Shown piece by piece: positions 19,937-29,097 of a DNA stretch of 64,000 nt. Location of the stretch: assembly GCA_015055545.1 (NCBI GenBank), contig SVHY01000004.1:10985-74984 (forward strand), read 5' to 3'. Origin of the DNA: Clostridiales bacterium (GTDB taxonomy: Bacteria; Bacillota; Clostridia; Christensenellales; Borkfalkiaceae). The first letter of the stretch is position 1, and each line of letters opens with the position of its first letter. The position numbers were made by a program, and so were the translations under genes. Under the pieces are notes generated by a model. It was given only the letters and a program-made list of their open reading frames with translations, did not search any database and had not been told where the DNA came from.

Positions 19937-20772
19937 AAAACCTGCTCCGTACGCTCGTGTTCGACGGGCAAATTTCTTTGACGGTTGCGGATACGACGGC
20001 GATCGTGCAAGAGGGTGCAACGCGGCATAACCTTTCTAAACCGTCCGCCTACGTTTACGGCAAAGCAATTTCCGCTATGACGTTTATGAGCGCGTGTTTA
20101 AAATCGGACGTTGGCGAAATTTCGCTTTCGCTCAAAAGCGACGGCGAATGTGGCTCGATAGGCGTTTCCGGTAATCGCAATTTGTATATGCGCGGCTATA
20201 TTGAAAATACGCAGGCTGTCGGCGACGAGAGCGCGTGCCTTGGGGCAAACGGTGCGCTTACGATTGTGCGCGACGACGGGTATAACCGTCCGTTCGTCGG
20301 CTCTTGCGCGATTTCAGAAAAGGGTGTGGACGCGTCGTTTGAAGAATATTACGCGGTCAGCGAACAGCTGCCTACGCGCATTTATACGACGGTAGAATTT
20401 GACCTGACGGGCAAGGTGGCGTTTGCGGGCGTAGCGGTGTTACAGGCGTTGCCGTTTGCGGACGAAAGCGCGCAAACGGGTATGCAAACCGCGCGACTGG
20501 ATAACCTGCTTGCGGCGGTAAAAGAGCAGGGCGTAGAACGCGCCGTAGAAAGGGTGTTTGGAAAATCGGACGAGGTATGGGAAACGCGCGAGGCTGTGTA
20601 TCAATGTAACTGTTCTCGGGAAAGATTGCTTGGGGTGCTCGTTACGCTTGGCGAACGACAGGTGCGGCAAATTATTCAAGAAGACGGAAAAATCAACGCG
20701 CATTGTCATTATTGCAATACGGATTATATCTTTACGGAAGAAGATGCGAACGGATTATTTTCGGGCGTTTAA
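19933..20772 (+). CDS. hslO: Redox-regulated chaperone Hsp33
   Basis: C-terminal zinc centre CNCSRE...CHYCNTDY. ATGA overlap with the upstream gene. Confidence 0.9.
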   Translation: MKNLLRTLVFDGQISLTVADTTAIVQEGATRHNLSKPSAYVYGKAISAMTFMSACLKSDVGEISLSLKSDGECGSIGVSGNRNLYMRGYIENTQAVGDESACLGANGALTIVRDDGYNRPFVGSCAISEKGVDASFEEYYAVSEQLPTRIYTTVEFDLTGKVAFAGVAVLQALPFADESAQTGMQTARLDNLLAAVKEQGVERAVERVFGKSDEVWETREAVYQCNCSRERLLGVLVTLGERQVRQIIQEDGKINAHCHYCNTDYIFTEEDANGLFSGV

Positions 20773-20781
20773 CGGTGAAAT

Positions 20782-22518
20782 ATGAAAGAAAAAAAGACGA
20801 AAAAAATCGATTTCGGTTATGAGCGGCTTGCGGATTTAGCGGATAAGTACTATAACGACGGCAAGCTGTTTTCCGCGCTCAAAATCGCACATAAACAATA
20901 CGATTTACACGGCGGCGACGGCAACGTGTACGTTCGTCTTGCGGATATTTACGAGGGCATGGGCTTGCATGCTTCCGCGCTCAATTACTGGTATAAATTT
21001 TTGGATATAGCCGAAGAACAGGATTTGTCTGAAATTTACGAAGGTATAGCCGTTAATTACTTAAATACGGGCAACGAAAGCGCGTCGGCGTATTATTATA
21101 ATAAGCTGATGGATACGGACGATACGTTGCCTGACGAAGTGAAAATGGATATCGTGGACGCGTTTTCCAAAGAGAAAAAATTTCCGTTTCGGTTTGTGTA
21201 TCCGCCCCGTCTTGCCGACTATTCTAAAGAGTTGGAAATCGGTTCGCGCGCGCTCAAACTCGGCGATCCCAAACGTGCCGTGGAATATCTTTCGCGCATC
21301 GAACGCGGTTCTAAACAATACGCGCCCGCCAAAGAATTAAAGGCGGTTGCACATCTCTTAACGGGTGAAGTGGAGCAAGCGGAAAAGGATTGCTTAGAAC
21401 TGTTGCAAGAACAGCCCGACGACGTACGCGTACAGGCAACGCTTGCCGCCGTGTACTTGGAACAGGGCAGAACGGACGAGAGTAAAGCCTTAGCGCTTGC
21501 ACTGTACGAGCGCGAACAAACGGATGGCGAGGATTTGTATAAGGTGGCAACCGTTTGTTGCGAAAACGGCTTACACGAACAGGCGTACGAGAAGTTTAAG
21601 CAGTTAGAACAAAAATTGCCGTATGACGGGCGCATGTTGTATTTCAAAGGCGTAGCGGCGTATAAATGCGGTAAGTTGGACGAGGCGGAACGCACACTTT
21701 CCGATTTGTGTACGCTCTATCCCGATGCAGAAGTGGCGAAGTATTATTTGCGCGTTTTGCGCGAACGGGACGAAACCGCGCCTGTGGAATTTACCTATTT
21801 TTATCATTTGCCGCAAGAGGAACGGGAAGAACGTTGTCGTGCGCTCATTCGTATAGGCGAATTGCCCAAAGACGAAGCGCAGTTGTTCGGTTTGGTAATG
21901 TTGCACGACGGGTATTTTCAATGGTGCTTTGACGAAATGGACGGCGCGGATCACGATTTGCAGTATCTTGCGCTCGTTACGGCGGAACGCGTGCGCGCGG
22001 ACGAATTTATTCGAGAGGTTATGCTCGATAGCGAAGTTATGGACGTGTTGAAGATAGAAACGTTGCGGCTTTTGTATATGCGTAACGAAAATATGCGCTT
22101 GGGCGTGGTCCTTTGCCATATCTATCGTAAGCTCGATTTATTGCGTATCCAAATCGGTAGAAAACGTAGAAAACGGTTTTTGGAATCGTATGCGAAAGTG
22201 GCATCAAAATTCGTTATCTTAAAGGAAACGAACGGCAAAAAAATCAAAGCGGCGGCAGAAAAACTGTATCAGGCGTTGGCGCAGTACGAGAGTTTGGATT
22301 TAATTGACAATACGGACGATTGCGCGTGTGCGATATTTCTTTTGTCAGGCTTGAAAGAACTGGGACAGGATATGGAAAAAATAGCCTCTGCATTCGACGC
22401 CAATCTCGCGCGCGTACGGGTGCTTTTATCCGTCGCAGTCAGCGCAGAGCACGGTCTGAACCAAAGCGGAAAAATACAACGAAAAGAGGACGAAACGAAT
22501 GAAACTGATAGACTTTGA
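20782..22518 (+). CDS. Tetratricopeptide-repeat protein (hypothetical)
   Basis: Repeated about 34-aa helical units with A/Y/L periodicity (for example ALNYWYKFLDIAE, AVAHLLTGEVEQAEKDCLELL, AAVYLEQGRTDESKALA). Confidence 0.7.
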   Translation: MKEKKTKKIDFGYERLADLADKYYNDGKLFSALKIAHKQYDLHGGDGNVYVRLADIYEGMGLHASALNYWYKFLDIAEEQDLSEIYEGIAVNYLNTGNESASAYYYNKLMDTDDTLPDEVKMDIVDAFSKEKKFPFRFVYPPRLADYSKELEIGSRALKLGDPKRAVEYLSRIERGSKQYAPAKELKAVAHLLTGEVEQAEKDCLELLQEQPDDVRVQATLAAVYLEQGRTDESKALALALYEREQTDGEDLYKVATVCCENGLHEQAYEKFKQLEQKLPYDGRMLYFKGVAAYKCGKLDEAERTLSDLCTLYPDAEVAKYYLRVLRERDETAPVEFTYFYHLPQEEREERCRALIRIGELPKDEAQLFGLVMLHDGYFQWCFDEMDGADHDLQYLALVTAERVRADEFIREVMLDSEVMDVLKIETLRLLYMRNENMRLGVVLCHIYRKLDLLRIQIGRKRRKRFLESYAKVASKFVILKETNGKKIKAAAEKLYQALAQYESLDLIDNTDDCACAIFLLSGLKELGQDMEKIASAFDANLARVRVLLSVAVSAEHGLNQSGKIQRKEDETNETDRL

Positions 22519-23320
22519 CGGGTTGTTTGATGAAAAATTGACGCAGTTCATGGAAGAGAATAAGAATAAATATACGGAAAAACAATGGGAAGATATTATC
22601 CCTAAGCTTTATAAAAAGTTCGGCGATACTTTCGTTGCAAAAATCAAATGTACGCCTAAGGAATACTACGCAAAAATGACGGATAGTCAGCTGGTAGAAA
22701 CGCTGAGCGCGCATTTGCAATCGGACGTGCCCGTGCCTGAATTTTTATGTGCGGAAATCGAAACGCGCGGCGCGGTGGAAACGCTTACGCCTATGCTACT
22801 TAGCAGTGATTCCCAAACCGCGGCGTACGCTTTGAATTTAATCGGCGACGACGCGCGCGCGTACGATTGTTATTTTGCGATTTTGCAAAGTGAAACAGCC
22901 GACGAGGATTTGAAAAACGACGTCGTGGAAATTTTTAAATTGCACGCGGACGAAGTGAAAGAATTTGCGCTTTCGCTGTATGAAAAACAAATCGCAAGCG
23001 AGGCTATGCTCGAAATTCTTTCACGGATAAAAGAACGGGACGAACGGGTGTACGATTTGCTCGTTAAAGCGTTTAAGACGGACGAGAATTTGCCTATGCG
23101 CGCAAGCTATTTAGCGGCGTACGGCGACGATCGCGCGTTGCCTATGCTCCTTGCGCGGATTGAAGATAAAACGCTTGGATTCGTGGATTTCCAAGAACTC
23201 AAATACGCAATAGAAGCGCTTGGGGGCGAATACGACGAACCGCGCGATTTTTCGGACGATAAGGATTATATCGCCGTAGAAGCGAGTCAAGCCAGCGCAA
23301 AAAACAAATTCGTAAGCTAA
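22499..23320 (+). CDS. Hypothetical protein, HEAT/PBS-lyase-like repeats
   Basis: SD AGAGGA lies upstream and the gene overlaps the TPR gene by 20 nt. The helical repeats include AAYGDDRALPMLL-type motifs. Confidence 0.55.
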   Translation: MKLIDFDGLFDEKLTQFMEENKNKYTEKQWEDIIPKLYKKFGDTFVAKIKCTPKEYYAKMTDSQLVETLSAHLQSDVPVPEFLCAEIETRGAVETLTPMLLSSDSQTAAYALNLIGDDARAYDCYFAILQSETADEDLKNDVVEIFKLHADEVKEFALSLYEKQIASEAMLEILSRIKERDERVYDLLVKAFKTDENLPMRASYLAAYGDDRALPMLLARIEDKTLGFVDFQELKYAIEALGGEYDEPRDFSDDKDYIAVEASQASAKNKFVS

Positions 23321-23350
23321 AATAACGCAGATATTTCATAAATGAAAAAT

Positions 23351-23400
23351 TTTCCGCATATAGTAAATCGTGTCAGATTTATTTTGCGGAAATTTTTATT
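23351..23400 (+). terminator. Probable terminator (interrupted long hairpin plus T-run)
   Basis: TTTCCGCA..TAAATC-gtgtca-GATTTA..TGCGGAAA followed by TTTTTATT. Confidence 0.45.
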
Positions 23401-23450
23401 GCCCGAAAGCGTAAAAACCCAAGGTTTCCGCAGGGAAAAAGGGAGGTCTA

Positions 23451-24920
23451 ATGGACAATTACAGCGTATACGAAGATATGGCAAATCGTACGGGCGGAGA
23501 TATTTATATCGGCGTGGTAGGCCCTGTACGAACGGGAAAATCCACCTTTATTAAGCGGTTTATGGAAACGCTCGTTTTGCCGCAGGCGACGGGTGAAAAA
23601 CTCCGTGAAATGACGGACGAATTGCCTCAAGCTGCCGCAGGGAAAACGATTATGACCACCGAACCCAAATTCGTACCCGCAAAGGCGGCGAAAATCAGCG
23701 TTGCGAAAAATGCAGAGGCGGCGGTGCGGTTGGTCGATTGCGTGGGATTTGCCGTGGCGGGCGCGAGCGGTTTTGATGAGGAAGGCGAACCGCGGCTTGT
23801 AAAAACGCCTTGGCAAGAACAGCCTATGCCGTTTGAAAAAGCGGCGGAAATGGGTACGGAAAAGGTCATAAAAGAACATTCCACAATCGGCGTGCTCGTA
23901 ACAACGGACGGGAGTATTACGGATATAGCCCGCGCTGATTACGTGCCGGCGGAAGAGCGCGCGGTGTCGGAATTGAAAACGATCGGAAAACCGTTCGTAA
24001 TCGTGCTCAATTGTAAAAAACCGTCTGCGGCAAACGCATTAAAAAAGAGCTTGGAAGAAAAATACGCAGCACCCGTCGTTGCCGTTAACGTGGAAACGAT
24101 GGGGGAAACGGAACTTTGTGAAATTATGCAAAAGGCGCTCTTTGAGTTTCCGCTTACCTGTATCGAAGTGCAAATCCCGCTTTGGCTGCAAACGTATGAC
24201 GAGGACAATCGCGTGATAAGCGGTTTGATGTCGGCGCTGAAAACGGTTACGCCGAACATGACGAAAATGCGCGATTGTTTAGGCTTGGAAACGTTGTTTG
24301 ATGCGGACGCGGATTTTTATAACCCGCAGGAAATTAAAATGGATTTGGGCAAGGGCAGAGTGGAAATTTCCCTTGCGGCAAAGGAGGATTTGTTCTATCG
24401 TATCGTCAGTGAAGAATGTGGCGAAGAGATTGTAGACGAACTCTCCGTACTCCGTTATATCCGCGCGTTGGCGGGTTCTAAACGCGAATACGATAAAATC
24501 AAGGACGCCTTTGCGGAGGCAGAACAAACGGGTTACGGAATCGTCGAGCCCACCGACGCGGATTATGCGTTGGAAAAACCCGAACTGAATAAAAAGAGCG
24601 CGGGCTACGGCGTGCGGTTTAAGGCGAACGCGACGAGCTATCATATCATAAAAGTGGAAGTAAACGGCGCGGTCAATCCCATTATCGGCACGAAACAGCA
24701 GGGCGAAGACTTTTTGGACGAAACGTTGCGCTCGTATGAAACGGACGATAACCGCGTTTGGGAAACGAATATTTTCGGGAAATCGTTGCGCGCGCTTGTA
24801 GGCGACGAGCTTTCGGGCAAGAGCTGCGCTATGCCGCCTGAACTGCGGAAGAAATTACGTCGGATAACTTCCCGTATCGTCAACGAACATAAGAACAACC
24901 TAATATCTATTCTGTTTTAA
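23451..24920 (+). CDS. spoIVA: Stage IV sporulation protein A (spore coat morphogenetic ATPase)
   Basis: The N-terminus YEDMANRTGGDIYIGVVGPVRTGKSTFIKRFME matches the SpoIVA Walker A region. Strong SD GGGAGG. Length is about 490 aa. Confidence 0.95.
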   Translation: MDNYSVYEDMANRTGGDIYIGVVGPVRTGKSTFIKRFMETLVLPQATGEKLREMTDELPQAAAGKTIMTTEPKFVPAKAAKISVAKNAEAAVRLVDCVGFAVAGASGFDEEGEPRLVKTPWQEQPMPFEKAAEMGTEKVIKEHSTIGVLVTTDGSITDIARADYVPAEERAVSELKTIGKPFVIVLNCKKPSAANALKKSLEEKYAAPVVAVNVETMGETELCEIMQKALFEFPLTCIEVQIPLWLQTYDEDNRVISGLMSALKTVTPNMTKMRDCLGLETLFDADADFYNPQEIKMDLGKGRVEISLAAKEDLFYRIVSEECGEEIVDELSVLRYIRALAGSKREYDKIKDAFAEAEQTGYGIVEPTDADYALEKPELNKKSAGYGVRFKANATSYHIIKVEVNGAVNPIIGTKQQGEDFLDETLRSYETDDNRVWETNIFGKSLRALVGDELSGKSCAMPPELRKKLRRITSRIVNEHKNNLISILF

Positions 24921-24983
24921 CGGAATAAAAGACGGTGAAAACGGATATACTCGTTATGAAAATTTCAAACGGAGGAAATGCGT

Positions 24984-25142
24984 ATGAGTAAACCGTCCAA
25001 ACGCAAAAACGGCAAAGTACCGAAAATTACCGAGGAGGAGTATGCGGCGTATTTATCCGCTCTAAAAAACGCGTCTACGGCTACGAATCCAACCGCACAA
25101 GCGGAAAAACCGCACGATAACGAAAATGAAAATCGCCTGTAA
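24984..25142 (+). CDS. Possible small basic protein (52 aa), below the ORF-track cutoff
   Basis: GGAGG lies 8 nt upstream of the ATG. The translation is MSKPSKRKNGKVPKITEEEYAAYLSALKNASTATNPTAQAEKPHDNENENRL, and a terminator follows directly. I do not recognise a family. Confidence 0.4.
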   Translation: MSKPSKRKNGKVPKITEEEYAAYLSALKNASTATNPTAQAEKPHDNENENRL

Positions 25143-25160
25143 AGGGCGATTTTTGTTTTC
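25131..25160 (+). terminator. Rho-independent terminator
   Basis: AATCGCC-tgtaaag-GGCGATT followed by TTTTGTTTT. Confidence 0.7.
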
Positions 25161-25212
25161 GCAAAAATTTAGAATATATATGTAATCGTAAAAAAAATAA
25201 TATGTTTTTATA

Positions 25213-25241
25213 TTGAAAAAGGAAAAAATATAGTGTATAAT
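25213..25241 (+). promoter_or_regulatory. Sigma-A-type promoter upstream of eda
   Basis: TTGAAA, a 17-nt spacer, then TATAAT. Confidence 0.6.
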
Positions 25242-25292
25242 AAAAATAATAAAACGCTTTTAGAAAAAAGTGAGCTTTAAGGAGAAAAAAAT

Positions 25293-25844
25293 ATGGACAA
25301 ACTTATTCCCGTAGTAGTCATCAAAGAACTGTCCGAAACGGACAAAATTTTATCCGCTCTTAAAAAGAGCGATATCATGTGTGCGGAAATCACGTTCCGT
25401 ACTGCTTGTGCGGCGGAGGCGATTGCTTACGGCGTGAAAAACTATCCCGATATGAACATCGGTGCAGGTACGGTTATTAATGCAGAGCAATGCGAACAGG
25501 CACTTGCCGCAGGCGCGAAATTTATCGTTTCGCCCGGTCTTTCGCCCGCAGTTGCGAAGATTTGTAAGCTGCGCGGCGTGCCGTATTTCCCCGGCTGCGT
25601 AACGCCTACGGAAATTATGCAGGCTTTGGAACTCGGTATTACCACCGTTAAATTCTTCCCTGCAAACGTATACGGCGGTTTGAAAGCGATGAAAGCGCTT
25701 GCAGGACCTTTCCCGCAAATCAAATTTATTCCTACGGGCGGGGTAAATCGCGACAACTTGGACGAATTCCTTGCGTGGGAAAAAATTTATGCCGTGGGCG
25801 GCAGCTTTATGGTTGAGGAAGCTCTGAAGAATGCAGAAAAATAA
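25293..25844 (+). CDS. eda: 2-dehydro-3-deoxyphosphogluconate / 4-hydroxy-2-oxoglutarate aldolase
   Basis: Eda-like blocks AEITFRT, GAGTV, FIVSPG, the VKFFPA Schiff-base lysine region and PTGGV. Confidence 0.88.
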   Translation: MDKLIPVVVIKELSETDKILSALKKSDIMCAEITFRTACAAEAIAYGVKNYPDMNIGAGTVINAEQCEQALAAGAKFIVSPGLSPAVAKICKLRGVPYFPGCVTPTEIMQALELGITTVKFFPANVYGGLKAMKALAGPFPQIKFIPTGGVNRDNLDEFLAWEKIYAVGGSFMVEEALKNAEK

Positions 25845-26721
25845 GGTTTGGACAAAGGATAAGATTTGGGACGAACTGAAAGGATATATATTCATGCTCA
25901 TAGGCTGTTTGGCTTATGGGACAAGCACCAGTTTTTTCCTTGCAGATAACGAGATTATCGCAGGGGGTGTAACGGGGCTTGCCGTACTTATCAATTATCT
26001 TAACGAGAATATCCTTATCGGTATGATTTCCATAGCCATCAATATCCCGATTTTGATTTTGGGCGTTAAATTCCAAGGCCTTAAATTCGTGATACGGTGC
26101 TTAATTACCGTTGCTACGCTGGGTGTTGTTACCGATTTGTTGGATTTGCTTTCTGCAAACCCGTTGACGAACGACGGCGTGTTGGCATCGCTTTACGGTG
26201 GGATTTGTCAAGGTATCGGTATTGGTCTGTTCGTTCGCTACGAATTTTCTAGCGGTGGTACGGAGCTTTTGGGACGCGTGATTGCGCGTTTTACAAAAGG
26301 AGTCAAAATCCCCGTTTGGGTAGGTATTTTGGACGGGATTATCGTCGTCGTTGGTTCTATCGTTACGAAAAACCCGCAGAACATGCTCTACGCGCTTATC
26401 GTAGTGTTCGTTAGTACCAAAGTTTCCGAAATCGTTTTGGTTGGTTTGGAAAAATCCAAGCTTTGCATTATCATTTCGGACAAGGGCGAAGAAATTTCGC
26501 AAACGCTTATTGAAAGAAGTCCGCGCGGGGTAACCATGCTTAGCGGGCAGGGTATGTATTCGCATAAAGAGCACAACGTCGTGCTCACCTGTGTCAAAAA
26601 TCATCAGCTTACACAGCTGAAACAAATCGTGAAAAGCATTGACGACCACGCGTTTATTATCATTAACGATTCGGTGGAAGTGCGCGGTCAAGGCTTTCAA
26701 TCACTCAATGACGAAAAATAA
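25831..26721 (+). CDS. YitT-family membrane protein (DUF161/DUF2179-type)
   Basis: A polytopic N-terminal region with GG(V/T)TG-type repeats (IIAGGVTGLAVL, SSGGTELLG) and a soluble C-terminal domain (RGVTMLSGQGMYS...IIINDSVEVRGQGF). Confidence 0.8.
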   Translation: MQKNKVWTKDKIWDELKGYIFMLIGCLAYGTSTSFFLADNEIIAGGVTGLAVLINYLNENILIGMISIAINIPILILGVKFQGLKFVIRCLITVATLGVVTDLLDLLSANPLTNDGVLASLYGGICQGIGIGLFVRYEFSSGGTELLGRVIARFTKGVKIPVWVGILDGIIVVVGSIVTKNPQNMLYALIVVFVSTKVSEIVLVGLEKSKLCIIISDKGEEISQTLIERSPRGVTMLSGQGMYSHKEHNVVLTCVKNHQLTQLKQIVKSIDDHAFIIINDSVEVRGQGFQSLNDEK

Positions 26722-26749
26722 AAAATATATTTATTAGGAGAATATAAAA

Positions 26750-27772
26750 ATGAAAAAAGTTGTAACTTTCGGTGAACTTATGTTAAGACTCGCGCCTGAA
26801 AATTATCTTCGTTTCGTGCAAAGCGAAAAATACGAAGCGACGTTCGGCGGCGCGGAAGCAAACGTAGCGGTGTCGCTTGCAAACTACGGCGTGGACGTGG
26901 CGTTCGTGTCCAAATTGCCTACGCACGAAATTGGTCAAGCGGCGGTGAACTCGCTCCGTAAATTCGGCGTAGATACGAGCAAAATCGTACGCGGCGGCGA
27001 AAGAGTAGGTATCTACTACTGCGAAAAGGGCGCGTCCCAACGTCCCTCCAAAGTTGTATACGACAGAGCGTACAGCGCAATTGCAATGGCGAAAAAAGAC
27101 GATTTCGACTGGGATAAAATTTTCGACGGGGTGGAATGGTTCCACTTCACGGGTATTACCCCCGCTCTTTCCGACGAAGTTGCGGAAATTTGCGTAGCGG
27201 CTTGTAAAGCAGCGAAAGCGAAGAATATCACTATTTCTTGCGATTTGAACTTCCGTAAGAAGCTTTGGACGAAAGAAAAAGCAGGTCAAGTTATGGGCGA
27301 GCTTTGCCAATATATCGATTACTGTATCGCAAACGAAGAAGACGCGAAAGACGTGTTCGGTATCGAAGCGGATAACACGGATATCTACGGCGGCAAACTC
27401 AACAGAGAAGGCTATATCTCGGTTGCGAAAAAACTTACCGACCGTTTCAACTTCAAAGGCGTTGCAATCACGCTTAGAGAAAGCAAGAGCGCGAACGACA
27501 ACGACTGGTCGGGTATGCTTTATACGAACGGCGAAGCGGTGTTCTCGAAAAAATATTCCATGCATATCGTTGACCGCGTGGGCGGCGGCGACAGCTTTGG
27601 CGGCGGCTTGATTTACAGCCTTTTGAACGGTTACGACGCGCAAAGCGCTATCGAATTTGCGGTTGCGGCAAGCTGCTTGAAACATTCCATTGAAGGGGAC
27701 TATAACATGGTTTCCGTTGCGGAAGTGAAGAATCTTGCGGGCGGCGATGCAAGCGGTAGAGTACAAAGATAA
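26750..27772 (+). CDS. kdgK: 2-dehydro-3-deoxygluconokinase (PfkB family)
   Basis: N-terminal VVTFGELMLRL, FGGAEANVA, and the C-terminal PfkB motif DRVGGGDSFGGGL. Placed next to eda. Confidence 0.85.
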   Translation: MKKVVTFGELMLRLAPENYLRFVQSEKYEATFGGAEANVAVSLANYGVDVAFVSKLPTHEIGQAAVNSLRKFGVDTSKIVRGGERVGIYYCEKGASQRPSKVVYDRAYSAIAMAKKDDFDWDKIFDGVEWFHFTGITPALSDEVAEICVAACKAAKAKNITISCDLNFRKKLWTKEKAGQVMGELCQYIDYCIANEEDAKDVFGIEADNTDIYGGKLNREGYISVAKKLTDRFNFKGVAITLRESKSANDNDWSGMLYTNGEAVFSKKYSMHIVDRVGGGDSFGGGLIYSLLNGYDAQSAIEFAVAASCLKHSIEGDYNMVSVAEVKNLAGGDASGRVQR

Positions 27773-27796
27773 TTTTATAAAATAAGGAGCGTAATC

Positions 27797-28558
27797 ATGA
27801 TTTCATTAAAAGATAAAGTCGTTATCATTACGGGCGGCGGTAGAGGTATCGGTTTCGGGCTTTCGACGGCGTTTGCAAAAGCGGGCGCGAAACTCGTTAT
27901 TACGGGTAGAACGGAAAGCACGCTTTTGTCTGCAAAAGAAAAGTTGGAAGCGGCGCACGGCTGTGAAGTGCTTTGCGTTACGGCGGACGGCGCGGACGAA
28001 GCGGCGATTCAAAACGTTATCGACAAGACGGTAGAAAAATTCGGACGTATCGACGCGGTGGTGAACAACGCGCAAGCGTCGGCATCGGGTAAAATGCTCG
28101 TAGACCACACCAAAGAGGATTTGGATTTGGCGATTTATTCGGGTATTTACGCGACCTTCTTCTATATGCAAAAAGCGTTCCCGTATCTCAAAGAAAGCAA
28201 GGGTTGCGTGGTTAACTTTGCTAGCGGCGCGGGCTTGTTCGGACGTATCGCGCAATCGTCTTATGCGGCGGCAAAAGAAGGTATTCGTGGGCTTTCCCGC
28301 GTAGCGGCAACCGAATGGGCACCCTACGGCGTACGCGTGAACGTTATCTGTCCTTTGGCGATGACGGAAGGTTTGCAGAAATTCAAGGAAGAATATCCCG
28401 AACGCTACGAACAGACGATTAAGGGCGTACCCATGGGCAGATTCGCTGATCCTGAAAAGGACGTTGGCGGCATGTGCGTATTCCTTTGCTCGGACGAAGC
28501 GTCTTACGTGACGGGTGAAACGATCACCTTGCAAGGCGGTAGCGGTTTAAGACCGTAA
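27797..28558 (+). CDS. SDR-family oxidoreductase (KduD/gluconate dehydrogenase-like by context)
   Basis: TGGGRGIG cofactor motif, NNA, and the catalytic YAAAK. Confidence 0.85.
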   Translation: MISLKDKVVIITGGGRGIGFGLSTAFAKAGAKLVITGRTESTLLSAKEKLEAAHGCEVLCVTADGADEAAIQNVIDKTVEKFGRIDAVVNNAQASASGKMLVDHTKEDLDLAIYSGIYATFFYMQKAFPYLKESKGCVVNFASGAGLFGRIAQSSYAAAKEGIRGLSRVAATEWAPYGVRVNVICPLAMTEGLQKFKEEYPERYEQTIKGVPMGRFADPEKDVGGMCVFLCSDEASYVTGETITLQGGSGLRP

Positions 28559-28575
28559 AGGAAAATTAATAAAAT

Positions 28576-28610
28576 TACGCGTGAGCTTGACGGCTTGCGC
28601 GTATTTTTTT
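28576..28610 (+). terminator. Rho-independent terminator
   Basis: An 11-bp stem TACGCGTGAGC/GCTTGCGCGTA followed by T7. Confidence 0.8.
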
Positions 28611-28682
28611 ATGCTGGAATGAACAATATAATAAAAAAATATAAATTTCTTACGAAAAAGCAAAAAAGTTGGCAGTGTAACC

Positions 28683-28711
28683 TTGACAAAAAAAACGTTT
28701 GGGTGTATAAT
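28683..28711 (+). promoter_or_regulatory. Consensus sigma-A promoter of the V-ATPase operon
   Basis: TTGACA, a 17-nt spacer, then TATAAT. Confidence 0.7.
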
Positions 28712-28776
28712 TATAATGCGGAAATTTAGAAATTCTGGAAAAAGCAAGAAACAAAGTTTCTTTATACGAGGCGGAT

Positions 28777-29097
28777 ATGACGGAAGAAATGATCAAATCA
28801 ATAACGGACGCGGAAACGCAAGCGGCGGAAATTAAACAAGCGGCGATGGAGAAATCGGCGCAAATTTTAGCTGAGGCGGAAGAACGAGCGGTAGACGTGG
28901 AAAAAGCTTGTGATATGCGCTTGAAATCGTACAGAGAAACGGAATTGAAGAATGCAAAAGCGGCGGCGGAAGTGCAGTATAGCCAAACGCTTGCCGATGC
29001 GGAAAAGAACGCGCGCGTATACTGCGCTAACGTTTTGAAAAATGCGGAAACGTGCGTAAGCGAAATCGTAGGGAGAATAGTTCGTGGCGATTGTTAA
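28777..29097 (+). CDS. V-type ATPase small peripheral-stalk subunit (G/H-like)
   Basis: A 106-aa Ala/Glu/Lys-rich coiled-coil protein encoded first in the ntp-type operon. Confidence 0.7.
   Translation: MTEEMIKSITDAETQAAEIKQAAMEKSAQILAEAEERAVDVEKACDMRLKSYRETELKNAKAAAEVQYSQTLADAEKNARVYCANVLKNAETCVSEIVGRIVRGDC

Noticed and set aside
23335-23364. Sigma-E-type promoter for spoIVA (TTCATAAA, 14-nt spacer, CATATAGT)
   Set aside because: The match to the mother-cell sigma consensus is only approximate and comes from memory. The -10-like element lies inside the probable terminator hairpin of the upstream gene. It cannot be supported without transcription start site data.
23342-23554. 70-aa ORF overlapping the spoIVA start
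   Set aside because: It overlaps the strong SD and start of spoIVA in another frame. The sequence is Arg-rich and of low information.
26783-27766. 327-aa ORF antisense to kdgK. Similar long antisense ORFs occur at 4461-5354, 18386-19219, 27806-28534, 35267-36235, 51875-53195, 58311-59087 and 61663-62592.
   Set aside because: All are mirror-frame ORFs inside genes with clear family signatures. They show skewed R/F/V/H composition, no recognisable motifs and no ribosome-binding sites.
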